From contig CAWJDN010000001.1 in the NCBI GenBank assembly GCA_963840985.1, positions 272 through 64,271 on the forward strand: a stretch of DNA of 64,000 nucleotides, in the 5' to 3' direction. Origin of the DNA: an uncultured Acidobacteriaceae bacterium (GTDB lineage Bacteria; Acidobacteriota; Terriglobia; Terriglobales; Acidobacteriaceae). Position numbers and translations under genes: made by a program. Positions 48,004 to 56,649 of the stretch are shown here, in pieces. Each line of letters starts with the position of its first letter. The stretch's first letter is position 1. The notes below the pieces were generated by a model that saw nothing but the letters and a program-made list of their open reading frames with translations, was not told the origin of the DNA and made no database searches.

Positions 48004-48782
48004 CTGATGGACCACCCTCCGTCGATCGGCAGCGCCGCGCCCGTGATGTCCCGGCTTTCCGGCCCGCACAGGAAAAGGATCATGCCGGCCACGTCTTCGG
48101 CGCTGATAAAACGGCCGCCGGGCTGTTTGTTCGCAAGGAATCGCTGTTCCGCTTCCTCGCGCGAGAGAGAATCCGAGGTCATCATGTCTTCAATCCGTTT
48201 CACGTGCACCGGAGTCTCCACGGTCCCGGGGCAAACCGCATTGCACGTAATATCCTGATCGCGCGTTTCAAGCGCGACGGCACGCGTGAGTCCAAGAAGT
48301 GCGGTCTTGGTTGTCACGTAGCCGATGCGATTGGTGGTCGCGGTCAACCCGTAGATGGACGAAACGTTGACAATCCTGCCCCAGTTGCGCTTGCGCATTA
48401 CCGGCAGTGCCAGCCGGATGGTATGAAATGCGGCCGAAAGGTTCACCGCCAGGCCCAAGTCCCATTCGCCGGCTGGGAACTGTTCCACGGGAGCCACATA
48501 GCGCACCACTGCGTTGTTCACCAAAATATCGATCGCGCCGAAAGTCTCTAAACACACTCCGATCATCCGCTCAATCTCGATGGGGTGCGCCAGGTTCGCG
48601 CAGCTATACATTGTTCGAACACTGTGTTCCTTCTCGATTCCCTCACGCATCGCGGAGATCTCGCGTTCATCGCCTAAGCCGTGGATGATGACATTGCATC
48701 CAGCGGCCGCGAATCGTTTGGCGGAAGCCAGGCCGAGGCCCTGCGTGGAACCGGTAATGAGCGCGCACTTTCCTTGGAGCAC
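48000..48782 (-). CDS. SDR oxidoreductase (3-hydroxybutyrate dehydrogenase-like)
   Basis: Motifs TGSTQGLG, ILVNNA, YVTTK, NAVCPG, IDGGW. Confidence 0.92.
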   Translation of the reverse strand: MLQGKCALITGSTQGLGLASAKRFAAAGCNVIIHGLGDEREISAMREGIEKEHSVRTMYSCANLAHPIEIERMIGVCLETFGAIDILVNNAVVRYVAPVEQFPAGEWDLGLAVNLSAAFHTIRLALPVMRKRNWGRIVNVSSIYGLTATTNRIGYVTTKTALLGLTRAVALETRDQDITCNAVCPGTVETPVHVKRIEDMMTSDSLSREEAEQRFLANKQPGGRFISAEDVAGMILFLCGPESRDITGAALPIDGGWSIS

Positions 48783-48792
48783 GTTGATTGTT

Positions 48793-48802
48793 CATTATAA
48801 TG
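48793..48802. promoter_or_regulatory. Symmetric bidirectional -10 element CATTATAATG
   Basis: TATAAT on both strands, centred in a 31-bp gap between divergent starts. Confidence 0.6.
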
Positions 48803-48813
48803 AGTCTCTTCCC

Positions 48814-49620
48814 ATGAGTATCGCCATTGAACCTTTCGAAGTTTTCGCTATTCGCTATGGACACCTGGGCAATCGCCATCCGGGGCAAAGCTACATCCTG
48901 GCCGATCCGCATGAATACGGGCCGGATCTGGACTATTTCGTCTGGGTGGTGCGGCGCAGCGATTGCATGTTCGTGGTCGACACCGGATTCTCCGAAGAAG
49001 CCGCCGTTCGCCGCAAGCGCGAACATCTGCGTAGTCCAGTGGAGGCGCTGCGGCTACTTGACATCGATCCGGACAAAGTCACTGACGTGATCCTCACCCA
49101 TCTGCACTACGATCACGCGGGGAATCTCGACCGCTTTCCCTCAGCGCGCTATCACGTACAGGATCGCGAAGTGGCCTACTCCACCGGGCGATGCATGTGT
49201 CATCACTTCCTGCGCGAGGCGTATGACCTGGAGAACGCGCTGGAGATGGTGCGAAAAATCTATAGCGGCCGAGCCGTTTTTCATGACGGGGAATCCGAAG
49301 TTGTGCCGGGTTTGACTTTGCACCGAGTGGGCGGCCACACAGCCGGTTTGCAGGTCCTGCGGGTCTGGACGAAACGCGGCTGGATCGCGCTGGCGGCCGA
49401 CGCCGCGCACCTATATTCAAATTTCGAGCAGGACCGCGCATTTCCGGTGGTGTACAGCGTCGCCGAGATGCTGGAAGGCTACAAGACGCTGTACCGGTTG
49501 GCCGATTCGCCCAATCACATCGTACCGGGGCATGACCCGCTCGTGATGAAATATTATCCAGCCTTGCGTTCGGACCTGGAAGGCGTCGTGGTGCGATTGG
49601 ATGTCCCGCCTTCGCGCTGA
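48814..49620 (+). CDS. N-acyl homoserine lactonase family metallo-hydrolase
   Basis: Motifs VDTG, THLHYDHAG, GGHTAG, AADAAH, PGHD. Confidence 0.9.
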   Translation: MSIAIEPFEVFAIRYGHLGNRHPGQSYILADPHEYGPDLDYFVWVVRRSDCMFVVDTGFSEEAAVRRKREHLRSPVEALRLLDIDPDKVTDVILTHLHYDHAGNLDRFPSARYHVQDREVAYSTGRCMCHHFLREAYDLENALEMVRKIYSGRAVFHDGESEVVPGLTLHRVGGHTAGLQVLRVWTKRGWIALAADAAHLYSNFEQDRAFPVVYSVAEMLEGYKTLYRLADSPNHIVPGHDPLVMKYYPALRSDLEGVVVRLDVPPSR

Positions 49621-49682
49621 TATAACACTTGTTTTTGCGAACGCGTGATATCCTAACCGCTTTGGAGCAGGGAGAATACTGA

Positions 49683-50579
49683 ATGGCTCAGCAGAACGTC
49701 GGCTTTGTCGGCGTCGGACGGATGGGCGGCCCCATGTGCCGCCGGTTGATTGAGGCGGGAAATAGCCTCACGATTTTTGACAAGAGCGATGCCGCGATGC
49801 GTCCGCTGGAAGCATTAGGCGCCAAGCGCGTGGATTCCCCGGCTGCGGTGGCGTCGGCGGCCGAAATTGTTTTGGCCAGTTTGCCCACGCCGCCCATCGT
49901 GCAAGCCGCGGCGCTCGGGCCCAACGGTGTCATCGAGGGCAGCCGGGTGAAAATCTTCATCGACGTTTCTACTACCGGCTCCACCTACGCCAAGCGTGTG
50001 GCGGAGGGGCTGAAAGCGAAGAACATTATAGCTGTGGATGCGCCTGTCAGCGGAGGCGTGGCCGGTGCGGAGAAGGGCACGCTGGCGGTGATGGTCTCGT
50101 GCGATGACCAGACCTTTGCCACCATCCAGCCGGTTGTGGAAGTGATCGGCAAAGTTTTTCATGTCGGCAAGCAGCCCGGCCAGGGCCAGACTATGAAGCT
50201 GCTGAACAATCTGCTATCGGCCACTGCGATGGCGATTTCATCGGAAGCCGTGGTGATGGGAACCAAAGCCGGGCTCGATCCCAAGCAAGTAATCGACGTG
50301 ATCAATGCAGGCAGCGGCCGTAACACAGCTACCATGGACAAAATTCCGCGCTGTGTTTTGAATCGCAAGTTTGATTTCGGTTTCGCCATCGGCCTGCTCA
50401 ACAAAGATGTTCGGTTGTGCATGGAAGAGGCCGAAGCCATGGGCGTTCCGATGGTGGTGGGCAGCGCCGTGCGGCAGATGCTGCAGATCGGTACCGCCAG
50501 CCAGGGCGTGGACGCCGACATGACAGAGTTGATCAAGGTGATGGAAGACTGGGCCGGCGTCGTGGTCGAGTCAAAGTAG
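49683..50579 (+). CDS. Beta-hydroxyacid dehydrogenase (3-hydroxyisobutyrate dehydrogenase family)
   Basis: Motifs GVGRMG, DAPVSGG, KLLNN, KDVRL. Confidence 0.92.
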   Translation: MAQQNVGFVGVGRMGGPMCRRLIEAGNSLTIFDKSDAAMRPLEALGAKRVDSPAAVASAAEIVLASLPTPPIVQAAALGPNGVIEGSRVKIFIDVSTTGSTYAKRVAEGLKAKNIIAVDAPVSGGVAGAEKGTLAVMVSCDDQTFATIQPVVEVIGKVFHVGKQPGQGQTMKLLNNLLSATAMAISSEAVVMGTKAGLDPKQVIDVINAGSGRNTATMDKIPRCVLNRKFDFGFAIGLLNKDVRLCMEEAEAMGVPMVVGSAVRQMLQIGTASQGVDADMTELIKVMEDWAGVVVESK

Positions 50580-50615
50580 AGATCACCCCTCGAAATAAAA
50601 ATCAAAGGAGAGCAA

Positions 50616-50993
50616 GTGGAAAAAGAGATGTTTGAGAAGGGCCTGAAGATTCGCCGCGAAGTTTTGGGCGCCGAATATGTGGACAAGGCGATCAGCACCG
50701 CCGACGATTTCAACCGGCCGCTGCAGGAACTGGTGACCACGTACTGCTGGGGCGAATGTTGGGGACGTCCGGGCCTGGATCGCAAGACGCGCAGCATGCT
50801 GAACCTGGCGATGATCTCCGCCTTGAACCGGCCGCACGAAGTGAAAGCGCACGTGAAGGGCGCCATCAATAACGGCCTCACCAAGAACGACATTCAGGAA
50901 GTGTTCCTGCAGGTGGCCATTTATTGCGGTGTTCCCGCGGCCGTGGACAGCTTCCGTCTGGCGCGGGAAGTTTTCCAGGAAATGGGAATTTAG
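50616..50993 (+). CDS. Carboxymuconolactone decarboxylase family protein
   Basis: Motifs WGRPGLDRKTRS, HVKGAINNG, AIYCGVPA. Confidence 0.92.
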   Translation: MEKEMFEKGLKIRREVLGAEYVDKAISTADDFNRPLQELVTTYCWGECWGRPGLDRKTRSMLNLAMISALNRPHEVKAHVKGAINNGLTKNDIQEVFLQVAIYCGVPAAVDSFRLAREVFQEMGI

Positions 50994-51229
50994 CGACGCC
51001 CCTGCGGGTACTGATTGCGGATTACGATCCGAAGTGGCCAGAGCTGTTCAATCGAAAGGCGGAAAGAATTCGAGCCGCTTTAGGAAGCCGGGTGTTGCTG
51101 CTGGAACACGCCGGCTCCACTTCTGTGCCGGGTCTGGCCGCCAAGCCCGTGTTCGATATTGTCCTGGTTGTGGCCGACTCGGCGGATGAAAGTGCATACG
51201 CGCCGGCGTTGGAGTCCGCCGGTTACGCC
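50994..51229 (+). pseudogene. GrpB family gene fragment (N-terminal half only)
   Basis: YDPKWP..F and EHAGSTSVPGLAAKPVFDI. Similarity stops abruptly after LESAGY, and there is no clear start codon. Confidence 0.8.
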
Positions 51230-51306
51230 CGCCCAGCCGGGGCATGCGTAGAGTATCTTTTTATCAGGGCCATTCAGCACAAAATATGTTATTTCAAGGA
51301 GGCTCA

Positions 51307-52454
51307 ATGGAGCCTGAAATTCATCCCCCGCCGTCCGGAGCGTCGCTTGCCGGAGTAGATGCAACAGCCCATGCGCCTGAAATCGCTGCTCCTTCCCTGG
51401 GAGCGCGGATTATTCGCGGATTGAACTGGACCTTTATCGGCAGCGAGGGCCTGCGCGCTGGCTGGTCGGTGCTGATCTTTACACTCTTGCTCGGGCTTCT
51501 AAGCGCCGCTGTGGGATTTGTATTTATCCATCTTCATCTTGTCGATTTCAGCAAGATGGACCACATGACTGCCTCCTCGATGTTCTTCATAGAGTTGCTT
51601 TCCTTTCTGGCGCTAGTGGGGGCAGCGTCGGTGATGGCGCTGATCGAGCGCCGCCGCAGCCTGTTGGCCTACAATCTGACCGGCCCGCGGCGCTTTCCCC
51701 ACTTTCTCAGCGGCCTGGCGGCAGGCTTCCTGGCGCTCTCGGCGCTGGTGGGAGTGCTGGCCTGGGGCGGCTGGCTTCATTTTGGCCCCATCGCGCTCTC
51801 CGGGGCGCAGATCGTCAAATATGGCGCGCTCTGGGCAGCCGTCTTTCTGCTGGTGGGCTGCGTGGAAGAGGGCACCTCCCGCTGCTACCTGCTATCCACA
51901 CTCACGCGCGGCATCAACTTCTGGTGGGCGCTGGGGATCGTCGCTTCCTTGTGTCTGCCCCTGATCTTCCATAGTAAGGGCAACGGCGTCTGGGGCGTTT
52001 ATGCCGCCGCTCTGCTGGGGCTCTTGCCTTGCCTGATCATGGAAAAACGTAAAACGCCACGGAGTGGCTTCTGGCAGGCGGCCTGGGTTACCTCCACGCT
52101 ATTCGGCTACATCCAACTAGCAACGGCGGTGAGAACTGGATCGGCATCTTTGCCGCGGCGCTGATCGGCTTTGTTTTTTGCGTCAGCGTGCGGGTAACCG
52201 GCTCGGCATGGTGGGCCATCGGCTGCCACGCCGCGTGGGACTGGGCGGAGACCTTCTTCTACGGCACCGCCGACAGCGGCATGGTTGCTCCCGGCCACTA
52301 CCTGAGCTCCACCCCGTCGGGCAACGCGCTGTGGAGCGGCGGCACGGACGGCCCCGAAGGCAGCCTGCTGGTGATCGGCGTCATTCTGCTGCTGCTGGCC
52401 GCGCTGCTAGTGATCTACGGCCGCAAGAGAGAACGATTCATGCAGGGGACGTAA
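51307..52454 (+). CDS. CPBP (CAAX/Abi) intramembrane metalloprotease; one frameshift near 52115
   Basis: EEGTSR motif. Adding one base restores FGYIH..N.GE, followed by WWAIGCHAAWDW and GPEGS. Confidence 0.85.
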
Positions 52455-52470
52455 CTACAGGGGCCAAGGG

Positions 52471-52518
52471 TTGAGGTTCGTGGTCTCCCAGGTCCGAAAA
52501 TCCGGATCTAGGGCACCC
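52471..52518. repeat. REP-like palindromic repeat, copy A
   Basis: 41/48 identical to the reverse complement of 54401-54448. Internal hairpin CCCAGGTCCGAA..TCCGGATCTAGGG. Confidence 0.8.
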
Positions 52519-52560
52519 GGCAAAGCTGGAAGATCGGGTACCCCCACCCATATTTTGGAC

Positions 52561-52658
52561 GCAAAATCCTTGTTTTCATGAGGTTACAGACAGGGTTGCG
52601 CTGCAAAATATTGAAAACAATGAAGTTCCCTGCAAAATCCTCCTGGCAAAGGAGTTAC
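52561..52658. repeat. Three 27-bp units GCAAAAT-N15-GTTMC
   Basis: Units at 52561-52587, 52603-52629 and 52632-52658. Confidence 0.7.
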
Positions 52659-52820
52659 GAGCCGTCTCGGCCTCGACAGGCCGCTTCCGGCTGGACGGCG
52701 GCGCGAAGTGGACGTACCAAAACGATGATTTGAAGGATGACTTCTGAGAATCATTGTGCGACGAAAGGGGGGAAATGATCTGCAAGGACTTGCCGTCCAG
52801 GCGGACGCGCTTCGCGCATA

Positions 52821-52870
52821 AGGTTCGTGGGTAACCCACCCTTCGCAAAGTACACGAAGGATGGGTCATC
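52821..52870. repeat. REP-like palindromic repeat, copy B (variant hairpin)
   Basis: Same AGGTTCGTGG lead as copy A, then hairpin CCCACCCTTCG-N9-CGAAGGATGGG. Confidence 0.7.
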
Positions 52871-52918
52871 AGGCTCCGCAGATTCAGGGTTGTGGTTTCA
52901 CATAGTTCGGGCTGTACA

Positions 52919-54269
52919 CTAAACCTCGGGATTCGGAATAGATGTATCTGTGTGTTCAATATCTTCAGATAAGCAAGGAGCTTCATCCTTGACACTAACC
53001 TTGTTTAGCGGCTCGCTAAAGATTTCACGAATGACCGTCTCTAATTCCTTCTGCTTTCTGAATTCTCTAAAAAGGGGCCATTCCCTATATGCCGCAAGAT
53101 CGATCTCACCATGTGCTCCGATGGACCGTACAAGTTTAAATGCTTTCTTGTAGTTCTCACGGAGAACTGCCTCTGCTAGCCTATATTTATCATGCACGGC
53201 CGAAAAATCTTCATTATCCAATATTTGTAAGGCGTGATCATTATCTCCCGACCACTTGTATGCCTGGGCTCGGTTAACTACAAAGCTAAGCTTGTATTCA
53301 GCAGAAAAGAGCTTCTTCAAGACATCGGTGGCGAAATCTAGGATAGCTATGGCCTGCCGATTCTTTTTCTTGGCAAAGAAGATCGTAACTAATTCTTAAT
53401 AGATTCCGGTCTGCCTTTTCCCTATCATCAGGCTTCATCTTACGCCACAAAACGTGTGCCAACTTTACTCCAACCTCGAATACAATCTCGTGAGCTTGTT
53501 CAAAATACTCCGTACTTACTCCAAGATAACCACCTTTTGATATATCTCCACAGTCAACTTTATGTGTCTGACAAACTTTTAGATATTGACCAGAAATTTG
53601 GCCGCCGGTATGCACAAATAGATTTCGTCGCTCTGTAACTTCAATAAAGCTAGGCCATATCGAAAGTCCCTCTCGAAGGGGTGTCTTAAATTTTCTCTCC
53701 AGCCAGTCAAATTGTTCTGCATGGTTCTCTCGAAGAACTGATTCAACCTCCTTTTCTATTATGTGTTCGCGCGCTGCCTCAATTGAATCAAATGCAACCA
53801 GTTCGGAAAATGACAATGTCTTTTCTGATCCATTTAAGATTTCAGGTCGAGAAAGCAGTATGGTTTCTATCAGGAGACCCAAAAAGTTGTCGTACTGACT
53901 CACGAGAGCCACTAGAAAACTCCTCGGAACGATCGCAAAAGCCGCAGATGTACGATTCGAAATCGTGCAATAACTTCTGAAAATCTGAAACATGCTCTGT
54001 GTTAATTTGAAAGGAGTTTTTTTCTTCAAGAGGTTTACCGTTTTCGGAAAGGAATTTATCAATTTCCGAACGGGCTTCTATCCTCGCAGCTATTATCGAT
54101 TTCATGGCCAATGGAAATGTGCCTGCAAGGCTGTCAATTTCCAGTACAAAGCGGTCGATTACTCTCTCGAAGCTTTTAGAAATATCTGCGTGTTTTCGGG
54201 ATATATTAAAGAAGAATCCAGCGCAGGATTCGAAGGGCTTGAATTAGCGTTTTCTGGTGTTGGTTCCAT
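52919..54269 (-). CDS. AT-rich hypothetical protein with HEPN-like RxxxxH motif; three apparent frameshifts
   Basis: Frames at ~54269-54200, 54180-53960, 53955-53368 and 53365-52919 join into ~450 aa. Contains EVTERRNLFVHTGG and a helical C-terminus. Confidence 0.65.
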
Positions 54270-54400
54270 TGTTGTCACTTTCAGCCAATCGGTAGAGTTG
54301 TCGAGGATCCCGCTGGCGATAGAGCTTACCTGAAGACCGCATTATATAGCATATACATAATAGAACGGGTCGGGTGTAGCAGTTCCCCATGAATCAATCT

Positions 54401-54448
54401 CGGTGCCTCAGGTCCGGATGTTCGGACCTGGGAATCCACGAACCTCAA
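54401..54448. repeat. REP-like palindromic repeat, copy C (inverted relative to A and B)
   Basis: GGTG followed by hairpin CCTCAGGTCCGGA-TG-TTCGGACCTGGG. Confidence 0.8.
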
Positions 54449-54466
54449 TAGCCCGCCATTACCTGA

Positions 54467-54813
54467 CTACCTGACTGGAATTTGCAGCAGAACCGCAATG
54501 TATTGGCGCACTTTGGCGATCATTGCTGGGGAGCTTTGGAATGAAACTCCGCCCCGCGACCCGCCCAATCCATGCTCTTCAATTGATCGACAAGCACGGC
54601 CCCTTCCACGCTACCAACAGTGATCGGCAACGTGAAGGGATATGGCTTGACCTTGCTGGTTAAGGGACAAACTACAGCCAATCCGCTGGCACGGTTGTAG
54701 CGGAGATCGGTGAGGACAAGCGCGGGCCTGCGCTTAGCCTGTTCGCGGCCAACCTGCGGATCGAAGTCCAGGAAGACAATGTCGCCGGTATCGGGAACGT
54801 ACGGGTTCACCAT
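54467..54813 (-). CDS. mazF: MazF/PemK toxin; frameshift in the G-run at 54528-54531
   Basis: Motifs YVPDTGDIV, FDPQVGREQAKRRPALV, DQLKSMDW. The terminal helix AMIAKVRQYIAVLL lies in a shifted frame. Confidence 0.9.
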
Positions 54814-55054
54814 TCGACGGCTTCCCTTCCGATCTCCGGCCCGAGTGAAATCTCCGCATAGCGATTTTCAGGGGTGATTTGGGCCACCAGTTGAGCCAGG
54901 GTTGGGACTTACCAGCCCGGTGCATCTGCACAACCCCATCGGCAGCTACCGCGATTTCCAGCGGGTCGCCCAACTGCAAGTGAGCGTCGTCCGCTATGGG
55001 CTTAGGAATCCTCACAGCCAAACTGTTTCCCCATTTCAACACTTGAGCCTGCAT
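54807..55054 (-). CDS. mazE: MazE/AbrB antitoxin; frameshift near 54909
   Basis: KWGNSLAVRIP. The shifted frame gives PTLAQLVAQITPENRYAEISLGPEIGREAVEW, whose stop overlaps the mazF start (ATGGTGA). Confidence 0.9.
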
Positions 55055-55067
55055 AGTTCCTCCTGTA

Positions 55068-55080
55068 GATACATTGTATC
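55068..55080 (-). promoter_or_regulatory. Probable mazEF operator overlapping -10
   Basis: Palindrome GATACA-T-TGTATC containing minus-strand TACAAT, upstream of the AGGAGG RBS. Confidence 0.65.
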
Positions 55081-55160
55081 ACTGGCGTATGTCCCCGGTT
55101 TGGGAAGTAGAAAATGCGGGCGTATCAGGTCTCGCCTTTGAGAGCGGTAGCACACGGAAA

Positions 55161-55200
55161 AAGCAGGTCCTTCGACTCGCTGCGCTCGCTCAAGATGACA
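55161..55200. repeat. Interspersed repeat of the GCAGGTCCTTCG...CTCAGGATGACA type
   Basis: AAGCAGGTCCTTCGACTCGCTGCGCTCGCTCAAGATGACA resembles a widespread REP-like class, recalled from memory. Single copy in this window. Confidence 0.55.
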
Positions 55201-55220
55201 AATTATTTTGTGATAACAAG

Positions 55221-56621
55221 CTATTTTGTCTTGCGCGCCGCTACGTCGAAGATCGCCGGGTCGGGGTCCTGGAAGAAGGCTGCGTGCAGCGAGCGAACCG
55301 CCTCATCCGCGTCGTCTTCTTCGATCATGAAGCTCATGTTGATTTCGCTGGCGCCTTGGGAGATCATGCGCACGTTGATGTTGCGTATGGCGGTGAAGAC
55401 CTGGGCTGCGATGCCGCTGTGACCGCGAATGTCGTCGCCCACCAGGCAGAGCAGAGCTTTTTTCCCCTCGTACTTCACGTCCGCCAGGCGGCCCAGGTCG
55501 GCGGCGACGGCGGGCAGCTTGTCGTTGGAGTCGACAGTGAGCGAGACGGAGACTTCGCTGGTGCAAACCATATCAACGGGGCACTGGTGCTTGTCGAAGA
55601 TGTCGAAGATGGACTTCATGTAGCCGTGAGTCATCAACATGCGGCTGGCCACCACGTCGATGATGCTGAGCTTCTTTTTGACGGAGATGGATTTGAAGGG
55701 GCTTTTGCAGTGCGGGGCGAGCGAGGTGATGCGCGTGCCTTCGCAACTGGCGTTGCGGCTGTTGAGCACCAGCACGGGGATATTTTTTTTCACGGCGGGC
55801 AGGATGGTAGCCGGGTGCAGCACCTTGGCGCCGAAGTAGGCCAGCTCGGCGGCTTCTTCAAAACTGATGACCTTAACGCGCAAAGCATCGGGGCAGACGC
55901 GCGGGTCGGCGCTCATGATGCCATCAACGTCGGTCCAGATTTCGATGGTTTCTGCCTGGAGCGCGCCGCCGACGAGTGCGGCGGTAAAGTCGGAGCCGCC
56001 TCGGCCCAGTGTGGTGGAGATGCCGGCTTCATTGCTGGCGATGAAGCCTCCCATCACGGGCACCTGCTCTTGCGCGAGCAGCGGGAGCAATTTCTCCTGA
56101 GCGCGTCTTTCGATGAGCGCGTCCTGCGGAATCGCCTTTTGAAATTGCGAATCGGTGATGATGATCTGGCGCGCGTCCGCGTGAGCGGCGTCTAGCCCCA
56201 ACTCCTGGAAGCCCGCGGCGACAATGCGGCTCGATAAAACTTCGCCGTAGCTGACGATCAGGTCGGTGATGCGCGGGGTCAGTTCGTGCAGTGCCGCCAA
56301 GCCGCGCAGAACTTCATCGAGGGAGTCGAACGTCTTGTCGATCAGGTCGACCAGGGCGGCGGAGTCCTTGACCAGCGCTGCGGCCGTGTCGCGATGCAAC
56401 GCGCGCAGCCGCGAACTGATGGCCAGTGCTCCGGCGCGGTCGCCCTGCACGGCGGTTTCGGCGGCGCGCAGCAACTGGTCGGTGACCTTGGCCATGGCGC
56501 TGACTACCACTACGGGTTGTTTGCCCAGGGCCACGCGTCCGGCGACGATGGCCGCAATGCGGCGAATGGCCGTCGGGTCCTCGACCGAGGTGCCGCCAAA
56601 TTTCATCACGATCATGCTCAT
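55221..56621 (-). CDS. lysC: Lysine-sensitive aspartokinase
   Basis: Motifs MKFGGTSV, TTLGRGGSD, WTDVDG, GAKVLHP and ACT domains. Confidence 0.96.
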   Translation of the reverse strand: MSMIVMKFGGTSVEDPTAIRRIAAIVAGRVALGKQPVVVVSAMAKVTDQLLRAAETAVQGDRAGALAISSRLRALHRDTAAALVKDSAALVDLIDKTFDSLDEVLRGLAALHELTPRITDLIVSYGEVLSSRIVAAGFQELGLDAAHADARQIIITDSQFQKAIPQDALIERRAQEKLLPLLAQEQVPVMGGFIASNEAGISTTLGRGGSDFTAALVGGALQAETIEIWTDVDGIMSADPRVCPDALRVKVISFEEAAELAYFGAKVLHPATILPAVKKNIPVLVLNSRNASCEGTRITSLAPHCKSPFKSISVKKKLSIIDVVASRMLMTHGYMKSIFDIFDKHQCPVDMVCTSEVSVSLTVDSNDKLPAVAADLGRLADVKYEGKKALLCLVGDDIRGHSGIAAQVFTAIRNINVRMISQGASEINMSFMIEEDDADEAVRSLHAAFFQDPDPAIFDVAARKTK

Positions 56622-56649
56622 GCGTGTTTTCCCATATTGAAAGGCGCGG

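Noticed and set aside
52576-52995. 139-aa minus-strand ORF
   Set aside because: It runs through REP B and the 27-bp boxes, so it is a translation of repeat DNA.
54520-54522. TGA ending the mazF ORF as a second Sec codon
   Set aside because: It is not at a Cys position. The missing C-terminal helix is in another frame, which indicates an indel.
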